This document shows, piece by piece, positions 28,720 to 37,669 of a stretch of DNA of 64,000 nt (positions are counted from its first letter, which is position 1; each line of letters opens with the position of its first letter). The notes beneath the pieces are model-generated. The model did no database searches. It worked only from the letters and a program-made list of their open reading frames with translations, and was not told the origin of the DNA. Location: assembly GCA_965656495.1 (NCBI GenBank), contig CBFHKU010000002.1, positions 128,001 to 192,000 of the forward strand. Direction: 5' to 3'. The position numbers were made by a program, and so were the translations under genes. The stretch comes from Coraliomargaritaceae bacterium. GTDB taxonomy: Bacteria > Verrucomicrobiota > Verrucomicrobiia > Opitutales > Coraliomargaritaceae.

Positions 28720-30177
28720 TTATTGTTTCTTTTTACCTTTCTTCTTTGCAGCTTTTGCTTTTTCCTGCGCGGCCTTATATGCCGCATGCCCTTCATCGAA
28801 CGGCGCTTCGAGTGAATTGGTGTCCAAGTCTTTCTGGAATCGTTCCATCGCACGCGTTAGCGCTTCCACGACTTCAGGGTATTGCGCAGAGACATCGTTC
28901 GTTTCGCCGATGTCCGAGCGTAAGTCATAGAGCCCGGCATTCTTCCCGGTCATCAGCTTAAAGCGGTCGTTGCGCGCAGCCGTAATCTTTGGCGTATTGC
29001 CTGCATAGTAGAGATACTCATGCGGCGACTTCTCACCCGGCAAACACTGCATGATCAGGAAGATGTTTTTGCCATCGATCTTCTGCGGTGTCTCCGGATT
29101 GATTCCTGCCAATGCGGCGTAGGTCGGAAAGATGTCCATGAGCGAGGCCATCTCGCCGGTCTCTTTACCAGCAGGCAATGTCCCCGGCCAGCTAACAACG
29201 AACGGCACGCGCACGCCCCCTTCTCGAGCACTGCCCTTCCAGCCGTCCAGCGGCAGGTTCGAGCCCATCTCAGTATAACCACCTGGATCCGGCTTTGAGT
29301 CAGCCCCATTGTCTGAAGTAAAGGCGATAATCGTGTTCTCCGCGATACCATTTGCTCGAAGCGCTTTCATGACCTCGCCCACTGACCAATCGATTTCCTC
29401 GATCATGTCTCCATAGAGACCGTGTGCGCTATGCCCACGGAAAGAGGCATCCACCGTGTAAGGGTGATGCGGTGTGCCGTGGGCAATATAGAGGAAGAAA
29501 GGCTTATCTTTATGCTCTCCAATAAATTTAACGGCCTCCTGCGTATAACGCTTGGTTAGTTGGGTAATGTCAGTTGGCCACTCGATGACCTTATCATCGC
29601 GCATCAGGATCGTTGAGCGCCCATGAATGCCTTTTCCTTGATCCGCCCAATAATCTTCGATCGTGAATCCGCCCGTCGGTTCAAAGCCATCCGCCACCGG
29701 TAGCTTGTGCGTCTTGGCATCGCCGTGGTTGGTTCCGGGAACGCCGAAGTATACGTCGAAGCCCTGATCCGTCGGCAGATAGCCAACCGTATGCCCCAAG
29801 TGCCACTTACCGATCAAGGCGCTGGTGTAACCTTTTTCCTTCAGCATTTCCGGAATCGTGACGGTCTCCTTCACCAAGCCCGTAGAGGAATTCGGATAGA
29901 CGATCGAACCGACCCCCACACGGAAATTGTAGGCACCACTCATAAGACAGGCACGTGCCGGCGAGCACTTGTGCCGTGCATAAAAGTCCGTAAAGCGCAC
30001 CCCTTCATCCGCCAAGCGGTCGATGTTCGGCGTTTTAATGGTCGGGTGCCCATAGCAGCCCAAATCACCATAGCCCTGATCATCAGTCATGATGAAAATG
30101 AAGTTCGGCAAATCCTTCGCGTATGCAGCTGTGCTCGCGAAGGCGGCTGCCAAAATGGATATTCTTTTTAAAATCAT
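28720..30177 (-). CDS. S1 sulfatase (arylsulfatase A-like) with Lys-rich tail
   Basis: PNFIFIMTDDQGYGD; CSPAR; GKWHLG; SDNG; C-terminus KKKGKKKQ. Confidence 0.92.
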   Translation of the reverse strand: MILKRISILAAAFASTAAYAKDLPNFIFIMTDDQGYGDLGCYGHPTIKTPNIDRLADEGVRFTDFYARHKCSPARACLMSGAYNFRVGVGSIVYPNSSTGLVKETVTIPEMLKEKGYTSALIGKWHLGHTVGYLPTDQGFDVYFGVPGTNHGDAKTHKLPVADGFEPTGGFTIEDYWADQGKGIHGRSTILMRDDKVIEWPTDITQLTKRYTQEAVKFIGEHKDKPFFLYIAHGTPHHPYTVDASFRGHSAHGLYGDMIEEIDWSVGEVMKALRANGIAENTIIAFTSDNGADSKPDPGGYTEMGSNLPLDGWKGSAREGGVRVPFVVSWPGTLPAGKETGEMASLMDIFPTYAALAGINPETPQKIDGKNIFLIMQCLPGEKSPHEYLYYAGNTPKITAARNDRFKLMTGKNAGLYDLRSDIGETNDVSAQYPEVVEALTRAMERFQKDLDTNSLEAPFDEGHAAYKAAQEKAKAAKKKGKKKQ

Positions 30178-30189
30178 AATTTTCGTTTC

Positions 30190-31731
30190 CTATGACTTCT
30201 TGTTCTTCTTGTTCTTCTTTTTCGTCCGTTTCTCCGATTTACCGGAGTCCCCTGTCGGCGCCTTGCCGTTGCCCAGCTCCGCAACAGGTGGCATCTTCAC
30301 CGCCGGATCAAAGAGGACGTAGCTTTCAGAAGCATTCGGATTGGGCTTGGGTAGAAGCGCACCCACACGCTTGTGATAGGAATCCAGTTCTGCCTGCAGG
30401 CTTTGCGCCTTTTCCGGCATCTGCTTTGTAATGTTAGTGACCTCACCGATGTCCTTTTTCAAATCATACAAATACGGCTCCGGTAGCTCATAAAAATCAA
30501 ACAGCTTGTAGTTGTCCTTAATAATCACCGAGTGAGGCGTCGTGTTGCGATGGTGCGGATAATGAAAGAAGAGCGCCCGCTCTTTAAAACCATCGACATT
30601 ACCGCCGGTCACGATCGGCAGGATACTGACGCCATCCACATTTTCGAGACGGTCTACCTTACCACCGGCAATCTCATAGAACGTCGGCATGAAGTCGTAG
30701 CCAACGACGTTGAGGCTACTACGCGAGCCGGCAGCGATACCGGGACCGCTCATGCTCATCGGCACACGAATGCCGCCCTCCCAGAGCCACCATTTTTCAC
30801 CACGCAGGATTCGATCTTCGCCGTTAAAAAGCCCCTTACCGTTGTCGGACGTAAACACGATGTAGGTATTGTCGCGGATTCCGAGCTCGTCGAGCTTGGC
30901 CATCACCATCCCGATCGAGGTATCCATATCTTCGATCGCGGCCGCATGCGACGCCACTTCTCGAGTAGCAGGGTTGCCCAAGGCTTTTATCTCCGGATTG
31001 CTGGTGTATTTTTCGAGCGTCTCCGGTAAGCTCATCTGTTGGTTGTGCTCTGCATAGTGCGAGATCTGAACAAAGAAGGGCTTCTCGTCCGCGGCCTGGC
31101 GCTCGATAAAGTCGATACTGCTGCGGGTCATGCTGAAAATGCGCTTCGGATCCCTCGGGTCCTTACAGAGGTTCGGGCCTCCCTCGGCATTCGAGGTTTC
31201 GCCATCGCTCTCGTCATAGCCACAGGCTTCCGGGCCACCGCCGTAAACATGCCATTTACCGAAGTGCGCAGTCGCATAGCCCTGCTCTTTCAACACATGC
31301 GCAATGGTCTTAAAATTGGGATTCAGCGAGCCCATGGGCTCTGGCTCAAGAAATGGAGCGCCTTTCGCTTTCTCGATGTAATTGACCTCAAAGGTGCAGT
31401 CCTCACCAAAGTTACCATTCCCACTAAACCGGGTGCGCGCGGCGGTCTTGCCCGTTTGAATACTACAGCGTGAGGGCGCACACATCCCCGCCGCTGAATA
31501 GGCATTGGAGAAAATCATGCCATCACGACCAATCGCATCAATATTGGGCGTATTACGCCACTTCATCGCAGAGGCGGCATAGCCGACCTCCTGCTCGGTG
31601 GCCGTTCCATACCACGGCATGTCATCCACCAGTATAAAAACGATATTGGGCTTCGTCGCTGCAGCAAGCGCACTTCCAACACAAAGCGCAGCAACCATGA
31701 GCCATTGGATATTTTTAGGGCAAAACTTCAT
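30190..31731 (-). CDS. S1 sulfatase with Lys-rich tail
   Basis: PNIVFILVDD; CAPSR; GKWH; SDNG; EGGIRVP; LFFHYPH; C-terminus KKKNKKNKKS; ATG 31731. Confidence 0.92.
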   Translation of the reverse strand: MKFCPKNIQWLMVAALCVGSALAAATKPNIVFILVDDMPWYGTATEQEVGYAASAMKWRNTPNIDAIGRDGMIFSNAYSAAGMCAPSRCSIQTGKTAARTRFSGNGNFGEDCTFEVNYIEKAKGAPFLEPEPMGSLNPNFKTIAHVLKEQGYATAHFGKWHVYGGGPEACGYDESDGETSNAEGGPNLCKDPRDPKRIFSMTRSSIDFIERQAADEKPFFVQISHYAEHNQQMSLPETLEKYTSNPEIKALGNPATREVASHAAAIEDMDTSIGMVMAKLDELGIRDNTYIVFTSDNGKGLFNGEDRILRGEKWWLWEGGIRVPMSMSGPGIAAGSRSSLNVVGYDFMPTFYEIAGGKVDRLENVDGVSILPIVTGGNVDGFKERALFFHYPHHRNTTPHSVIIKDNYKLFDFYELPEPYLYDLKKDIGEVTNITKQMPEKAQSLQAELDSYHKRVGALLPKPNPNASESYVLFDPAVKMPPVAELGNGKAPTGDSGKSEKRTKKKNKKNKKS

Positions 31732-31983
31732 AAATAATTTTCTACATGAGTATGTTGTAACGAGCATTTGACTATCCCTTGCACATTTTGAGCACCGTCT
31801 TTCAAATCACCCATGTACTGACGAAGGCCTGCCAGAAATAGAAAATTCAGCGGGCCGCTTCTTAGTAGAGTATCGCGTCCAAAAGTCCTCAGAATCGATG
31901 ATTCTTATAACTCTTAAACACCCCACCCCACATATCCCAATATGAAAATGAGCAACCGCACACAGCTGTTTTGAATATAACTT

Positions 31984-32048
31984 AATATCTCATGTCGGCT
32001 CTATTTTTGCTTGGTTTTTTACGCCAATAAAAATGCGATTTCCGACAG
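31984..32048 (-). promoter_or_regulatory. Regulon promoter copy 4
   Basis: Minus strand CTGTCGGAAATCGCATTTTTATTGGCGTAAAAAACCAAG-N20-GATATT (TGa extension). Confidence 0.8.
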
Positions 32049-32187
32049 ATGCAGATACAGAGCCGCGTAGGATGGCAAAAGCCAGCAAAAGGCCTACCAG
32101 AAGTCTACCTGAAGGTGGGTAGTCATTTCAAAATACCTGCTCCCTGCGGTCACTACCGAATGCAAAGTGCGCCGGGCAAGAAGGCAT

Positions 32188-32220
32188 AAAAAAACCGCAA
32201 GCTCTGCAGAGCTTGCGGTT
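32188..32220 (-). terminator. Rho-independent terminator of the PEP-CTERM gene
   Basis: AACCGCAAGCTC tgca GAGCTTGCGGTT perfect stem, followed by a T-tract on the minus strand. Confidence 0.85.
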
Positions 32221-32258
32221 GAAAGATAACAGAGGGATCAGCCGTCCCTAATTAAGCA

Positions 32259-33002
32259 CTAGGATTGGCGGCGGCGCAGCATCACGCTGAATAGAACAAG
32301 AACACCACCGATGAGCGCATAAGACGATGGCTCTGGAACAATATCGACTGTAATTGTGTCGAATGCAAAATTGCTAGTTTGAGCAACACCATCCCAGCCA
32401 ACAACCAAGACATCACCGTCGGCAATATCGAGACTTAAGCCACTTAAAGTCTGGGTTCCTTGGTCCTCAGCACCCGTATGCTTTACAGCGCCGAGACTAT
32501 CAAACACTGTGTAGTTATAGGAATCTTCAGTGTCGTTCCACCGATGCATACCTAGGCCAGTCAACTGAAAATCAGTCTGATGCGCCTGCGACAAACCGCT
32601 GAGATCGAATGTTACAAGAACCGCCTCCCCAGCAACATCAATGCGAATATCATTCCCACCAATAACACCAAAGCCAGAATTTCCACCGTTGATGTTTGAG
32701 GCGGTCAAACCAGACAATGTCGCATTGGTGTAATCCCAGTCACTCAGGCCAGTAACCGTAATAGAAAAGGATTCAGTCGCGAGCATATCGGTGGCAGAAA
32801 AAATCTGATTATCGTTGTCGAGCGGCCTGAAAAATGGATTATCTGCGGTCTCAATAAGAGCCACATTAAGATTTGTGTATGAAGCTACAATACTACTCGA
32901 TTCATTTATGGATCTCGTGTCCAAAGTCACATCCGCCTCCAGCTGTGCGAGCCCTGCGATGTAAAATACTACAATTAAAAATTTAAAAGTCTTTGAGGTC
33001 AT
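32259..33002 (-). CDS. PEP-CTERM sorting-domain protein
   Basis: Signal peptide; C-terminus VPEPSSYALIGGVLVLFSVMLRRRQS. Confidence 0.92.
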   Translation of the reverse strand: MTSKTFKFLIVVFYIAGLAQLEADVTLDTRSINESSSIVASYTNLNVALIETADNPFFRPLDNDNQIFSATDMLATESFSITVTGLSDWDYTNATLSGLTASNINGGNSGFGVIGGNDIRIDVAGEAVLVTFDLSGLSQAHQTDFQLTGLGMHRWNDTEDSYNYTVFDSLGAVKHTGAEDQGTQTLSGLSLDIADGDVLVVGWDGVAQTSNFAFDTITVDIVPEPSSYALIGGVLVLFSVMLRRRQS

Positions 33003-33031
33003 TTGTTAGTATGGTTGAATAGGGTTGTGGG

Positions 33032-33045
33032 TAGAACGTTTATCT
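33032..33045. promoter_or_regulatory. Putative LacI-family operator at the predicted transcription start
   Basis: TAGAACGTTTATCT shares AACGTTTATCT (11 bp) with the operator at 55717. Lies 7-20 nt downstream of -10 TAAACT. Confidence 0.5.
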
Positions 33046-33051
33046 TTAGCA

Positions 33052-33116
33052 AGTTTATCAAAATAGAGTCACTAAGTCTTGGTTTTTTTCGCCAAACCAA
33101 TGGTATTTTTCGCCAA
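33052..33116 (-). promoter_or_regulatory. Regulon promoter copy 5
   Basis: Minus strand TTGGCGAAAAATACCATTGGTTTGGCGAAAAAAACCAAG-N20-TAAACT (TGa extension). The two half-sites differ at 1 of 16 bases. Confidence 0.85.
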
Positions 33117-33343
33117 AGAGAGAAAATACTGCAGGCTTCAAGCTTGATGGGAGGCACAAGCCGCTCCTAGTAGCGATTCCATTCGTCTCAATGCCAGCGA
33201 CGCTTTACAAGGCAAAGACCTTAGGCAATTCAGCTCTAGCTCTTCAGTTAACCTCATTATAATCAAAGCCAATTCTCCTGAGTTGCACTGCTTGATGAAA
33301 ACAATAGAATCCCATATCCCTTAGCAAAAACGAAGAACTTCAT

Positions 33344-33371
33344 AAAAACTGCAAACTCTGAAACTTGCAGT
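33344..33371 (-). terminator. Rho-independent terminator of the second PEP-CTERM gene
   Basis: ACTGCAA...TTGCAGT stem with a T-tract on the minus strand; resembles the terminator at 32188. Confidence 0.6.
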
Positions 33372-33415
33372 AGATAAAAGAAAAAGGGAGATCCCACTTT
33401 GTTTTTGGCCTGACG

Positions 33416-34138
33416 CTAGGATCTGCGGCGGCGCATCACTACGCAGCTAAGTGCCAGAAACCCGCCAACGAGCGCATAAGCGGATGGCTCCGGAATGATG
33501 TCGATCGAAAAACCATCCAATCTAAAATCACCAGCATTGTGGCCGATAATTATCGAATCACGATTGGAAATCGAAATCGAGAGGTTAGGCGAAGCGTTTG
33601 TCTGTCCAGTCCAAGCCGCTAAAACGCTCCCACTACTATCGACGTGCATCAAACTATATGCGTCCCCAGGATCCCATCTGGCCAAATCAAGCGAAGTAAG
33701 CCGGAAATTAGACCGGTGCGCTTGAGACAAAGGATTGAGACTGAAGGAAAGTTCGATTGCCTCATCTCCAACATCAATACCTGAGCTATTGTTAGGGTCA
33801 GCATCACTATCTACCCCCCAGCCAGCATTGCTGCCTCTCATCTTCGCCTTAGAAAGCCCACTCAGACTGTTACCAGCAGTCTGGTAAGTCCAACCATCTC
33901 TTCCTGTAACCGTTATCGTAAATTCCTCTGCAGCACTAAAATCGGCAACTGTAAATGAACCACTCTCTGATAATAAAGGATTAGCGCTAGCGATATTCCC
34001 ATCGAGGTTATTAAAGAGGGAGCTTTCTTCTTTATTGTTATTAGGATTACCAAAATTTATACTCACCTCAGCTTTCACCTGCACGAGCAGTGCGGTGAGT
34101 GCTGCTAGCATTAAGATAACTGTCGACCTATTTTTCAT
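33416..34138 (-). CDS. PEP-CTERM sorting-domain protein, paralog of 32259-33002
   Basis: C-terminus IPEPSAYALVGGFLALSCVVMRRRRS. ATG 34138 gives a signal peptide; the ORF-track extension to 34252 runs over the promoter. Shared core with the paralog: FTITVTG..W.Y...LSGL.....G.N.G.GV, IDV..EA, F.LT.L...RW...D.Y. Confidence 0.92.
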   Translation of the reverse strand: MKNRSTVILMLAALTALLVQVKAEVSINFGNPNNNKEESSLFNNLDGNIASANPLLSESGSFTVADFSAAEEFTITVTGRDGWTYQTAGNSLSGLSKAKMRGSNAGWGVDSDADPNNSSGIDVGDEAIELSFSLNPLSQAHRSNFRLTSLDLARWDPGDAYSLMHVDSSGSVLAAWTGQTNASPNLSISISNRDSIIIGHNAGDFRLDGFSIDIIPEPSAYALVGGFLALSCVVMRRRRS

Positions 34139-34183
34139 AGCATTACCAAAGGGTTGCCAAGGTATAATCACTAAATATTTTAC

Positions 34184-34248
34184 AGTTTCCCTCAAATCAG
34201 CTATTATGTCTTGGTTTTTTTCGACAAATAGATGGCGTTTTCCGCCAA
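34184..34248 (-). promoter_or_regulatory. Regulon promoter copy 6
   Basis: Minus strand TTGGCGGAAAACGCCATCTATTTGTCGAAAAAAACCAAG-N20-GAAACT. Confidence 0.8.
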
Positions 34249-34298
34249 ACACCTGACATTACATTGGAGAGAAAAAACCGAAGAGTTCCTGCCTACTA

Positions 34299-36104
34299 CT
34301 AATCCTCAAGCAGGGCCCCGGCCATGCGTGGTTCGTAGCGGTGTATCTTTTTATCGAAGGATAAAGCCTTCACGGATTCGTCGAGCACGTCCCCTTCTGC
34401 TCCCATCCAATCCAGAATGTTCAGCACGGACAAGAGCGCGTAGGATGGCTCAGCCAAAAGAGCTTTGAGGGTTCTGCGCCCGAGTCGCTGATTGTTGGTG
34501 TTAATTGCCAACCAGGCAGCCATGGCACGGACTTCGTGCGAGTCGTCCTTCACCGCGGCCTCAACAATCGAGCCATGATCCAACAGGAAGCAACCGACCA
34601 TGCCCCAGTAGCGCAGTCCGGCATCGGGGCTTTCCAACAGTGCTTCAAGCGCTGGGATGTTGCTTGCATCCTGCGCCAAGGCGAGGTCGGCGGCATCGAG
34701 CAATGCGGGCAAGTTATACAGCGCTGAATCGCGGGCAATCTCGTAGGCCGTCAACCCGGTCTCCTGCGATAGTCGCACCATTTCACTTTCCGGGATCAAA
34801 CCGGCGTCGACGTGCTGGAGCTGTTGACTGCGTAGTTCCGCGCGCATGACATCCATCACATCGGCATACTCCGGACTGGCCGCCAGATTGTTGATGTTGT
34901 CCGGATCCGACTGCATGTCGTAGAGTTCTTCAGTCGCTCCTTTTGGCTGAAAGAACTTTGACTGCGCCTCATTGACTGTGCCGGCCTCGTATGCGCTCAC
35001 CCATGCCTGAGTGGCTTCCATTTTCCACAGATAGCTCAGGCGCTGCATCCACGGCACATAGGGCATGTAGTTGCGAATATAAAGGTAGCGTCCATCGGTG
35101 ATCGCCCGCGCATTATCCACCCGTTCGTCCATGCGCCCTCGAAAGGAAAAATGGTAGTCGCGCTCCGCCTCTTTGCCTTTGCCAAGGAAAACGCGCCCCT
35201 GCATCGTATCCGGAATTTCACTACCCGTGAGACTGAGCCAAGTCTTCGGCATATCGACAAAGCTGACAATGTCCTTAACCTGTGCGCCCGGTGCCTCAGC
35301 GGGATACAAGTGCTGATACTTTTCAGGGATGCGCACGATGAGAGGGCAATGAATCCCCGATTGAAAGAGAAAGCGCTTACTGCGCGGGAGCACTCCGCCA
35401 TGATCGGAGACGTAAATCACAATGGTGTTATCGGCCAAGCCTTGCGCTTCGAGCTGCTCAAGTGCTTCGCCGATTCTGGTGTCCATCTTCTTTACGGCAT
35501 CATGATAATGCGCATAATTTTGTCGCATCAATGGCACATCAGGGTGATAGGCTTTCACGCTCACACTTTCAGGGTCATGCTGCGTGTTGCTGACATCGCC
35601 GAAGGCCTTACTTTCGTGCGACTCGGTATGATTGATAATTTGGAAGAAAGGCTGATTCTCTTTGAGCGTATTCCAGTCGAGCTTCTTGCTTCCCTTCCAA
35701 CAATCTTTATCATCGCGGCCACCGATGTTATAATCGGTTTTACCGCCATTCACGACATAGTAACCGTTTTTGCTGAGTAGGTCCGGGTAGTAAGGGATCC
35801 GGTCGTGCGGGATTTCATAGCGACTGCGCATATGATGGGTGCCCATTGACACCGCGAGCATGCCGGTGATCCATGTGCTACGCGACGGTGCGCAAACCGG
35901 CGCGTTGGCATAGCAGTTCATGTATTGAAAACCGTCTTTTGCCAGTTGGTCGATATTCGGCGTGTCGGCATGCGGGTTGCCATAACACCCGACCCAGCTG
36001 ACATTGTTGTCCTCACTCGTAAGCCAGAGGATATTGGGTCGATCGCTTGCGGAGGCGCAAATGGTTAGAGACAGATAAGACAACAGAAGTAGAATATATT
36101 TCAT
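34299..36104 (-). CDS. S1 sulfatase with C-terminal HEAT-like repeats
   Basis: PNILWLTSED; CAPSRSTWITG; KTDYN; RGRMDER; YIRNYMP; C-terminal L..LLES.D..LRYW / D.SHEVR.MAA. Confidence 0.9.
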   Translation of the reverse strand: MKYILLLLSYLSLTICASASDRPNILWLTSEDNNVSWVGCYGNPHADTPNIDQLAKDGFQYMNCYANAPVCAPSRSTWITGMLAVSMGTHHMRSRYEIPHDRIPYYPDLLSKNGYYVVNGGKTDYNIGGRDDKDCWKGSKKLDWNTLKENQPFFQIINHTESHESKAFGDVSNTQHDPESVSVKAYHPDVPLMRQNYAHYHDAVKKMDTRIGEALEQLEAQGLADNTIVIYVSDHGGVLPRSKRFLFQSGIHCPLIVRIPEKYQHLYPAEAPGAQVKDIVSFVDMPKTWLSLTGSEIPDTMQGRVFLGKGKEAERDYHFSFRGRMDERVDNARAITDGRYLYIRNYMPYVPWMQRLSYLWKMEATQAWVSAYEAGTVNEAQSKFFQPKGATEELYDMQSDPDNINNLAASPEYADVMDVMRAELRSQQLQHVDAGLIPESEMVRLSQETGLTAYEIARDSALYNLPALLDAADLALAQDASNIPALEALLESPDAGLRYWGMVGCFLLDHGSIVEAAVKDDSHEVRAMAAWLAINTNNQRLGRRTLKALLAEPSYALLSVLNILDWMGAEGDVLDESVKALSFDKKIHRYEPRMAGALLED

Positions 36105-36184
36105 TTTAAAATTTATCTTAATGGTTCTGGGGGCTGGTTACAACGTATGAATGCCGACGTTCTTTAGAGTGATTCATTCGATGA

Positions 36185-37669
36185 CTATTTCTTCTTCTTT
36201 TTTTGTTTCTTAGCGGGGGCGGCTACGTCGCCAGTAATATTGTTCGGACTGTTCGCTAGAGCGGCAGCCAGGCGCGCGGCGACCTCAGGATAATCCGCGA
36301 TGACATTGTTACTTTCACCAATGTCGTCTTTCAGATTGTAGAGCGTCGGACCTTTAGAGTTCCGTTTCGTCTCCTTCACCTTGAAGTGTTCTTGCGCGTG
36401 GTATTTCCAGTCGCCACTGCGCACCGCCGAGGTGCCATAGAAGAAATATTCATGCGGTGTCGTGGCCCCCTCCTTCGCAGTCAATAGATCGATGATCACT
36501 TTACCATCGGGCTCCATATCCCTTGGTATCTGAGCACCCGTAATGTGTGCAAATGTGGGGAACAGATCCATTGAAAGCGCTATCTCTTCGCAGACCGATC
36601 CTGCAGGAATTTTTCCCGGCCACTTGATAATCGCAGGGACGCGTTGACCGCCTTCGAAACAGGTCATTTTACCCTCAAACAGCGGAAGCGCCGAGCCACC
36701 GTCCTCTCCTTTAATTAGCCACGGCCCATTGTCCGATGTGAAGACCACGATGGTATTGTCCTCGATTCCAAGCTCTTTGATGCGGTCGAGCACGCGGCCC
36801 GTGTTGAAGTCGATTTCCTCGATGACGTCTCCATACAGACCTCGCTTGCTTTTACCTGCAAACTGAGGCGATGCATAGAGCGGCGTATGCGGCATGGAGT
36901 TCGCAAGATACAGGAAGAATGGCTTACCTTCCTTGACGCTTTGCTCCATGAATTGGATGCCTTCCGTCGCAAAGCGATTGGTAATGGTCGACTGGTCTGC
37001 TGGGAATTCCACACACTCCTCATCACGCATTAAAGGCACCATGTCCTTCATCGAGCGAGGGTTGCCGTTGCGCAATTCGCCTGCAAAGGCCTGCTTCAGC
37101 GTCGCATGACTCTGTCCTTCAAGGAACAAACAATCATCCGCATATTTCATCGAAGAAGCTGGATACATGTCATTACTGTATGGAATCCCGTAATACGAAT
37201 CAAAGCCCTGACTCGTGGGCAAGTAGGCTGGCTCGTCACCGAGGTGCCATTTACCCACAGCGGCCGTGTTATAGCCCACCGTCTTCAAAAGTTCCGCAAG
37301 CGTCACATGCTCCGGATTCAGGCCTCCACTGTCGCGGTTAGGGAAAAAGACCCCTTTGACTCCGATGCGATTCGGATAGCAGCCCGTCAAGAGTGCGGCA
37401 CGTGATGCCGAGCAGACCGGTGATGCCACGTAGAAGTCGGTAAATCTCATCCCCTCCGCAGCCAGTTGGTCCACCCGCGGGGTGCGGATATCCGGCGATC
37501 CATAACAGCCCAAATCCTGATAGCCCTGATCATCGTTGAAGATGAGCACGATATTCGGCTGACTGAGGTCTTTTGCAGACGCTGGAGCTGCCTGCGTCAC
37601 GGCATGAAGCCCGAGGCCAAGTGTAAGCGTTGCGGCAATTGCAGCCGACCGTTTAAATAGATATCTCAT
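36185..37669 (-). CDS. S1 sulfatase (arylsulfatase A-like) with Lys-rich tail
   Basis: PNIVLIFNDDQGYQD; CSASRAALLTG; GKWHLG; GIPYSNDM; SDNGPW; C-terminus KKQKKKKK. Confidence 0.92.
   Translation of the reverse strand: MRYLFKRSAAIAATLTLGLGLHAVTQAAPASAKDLSQPNIVLIFNDDQGYQDLGCYGSPDIRTPRVDQLAAEGMRFTDFYVASPVCSASRAALLTGCYPNRIGVKGVFFPNRDSGGLNPEHVTLAELLKTVGYNTAAVGKWHLGDEPAYLPTSQGFDSYYGIPYSNDMYPASSMKYADDCLFLEGQSHATLKQAFAGELRNGNPRSMKDMVPLMRDEECVEFPADQSTITNRFATEGIQFMEQSVKEGKPFFLYLANSMPHTPLYASPQFAGKSKRGLYGDVIEEIDFNTGRVLDRIKELGIEDNTIVVFTSDNGPWLIKGEDGGSALPLFEGKMTCFEGGQRVPAIIKWPGKIPAGSVCEEIALSMDLFPTFAHITGAQIPRDMEPDGKVIIDLLTAKEGATTPHEYFFYGTSAVRSGDWKYHAQEHFKVKETKRNSKGPTLYNLKDDIGESNNVIADYPEVAARLAAALANSPNNITGDVAAPAKKQKKKKK

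Noticed and set aside
32069..32086. AGGATGGCAAAAGCCAG similar to AGGACAGCAAAGCCAG at ~41093
   Set aside because: Different distance from the regulon motif and absent from the other six promoters; probably chance.
34139..34252. ORF-track N-terminal extensions (also at 3475, 19681, 21355, 31767, 46690, 48389, 50597, 54527)
   Set aside because: They overlap neighbouring genes or promoters. Downstream ATGs give clean signal peptides, an RBS or a domain start.
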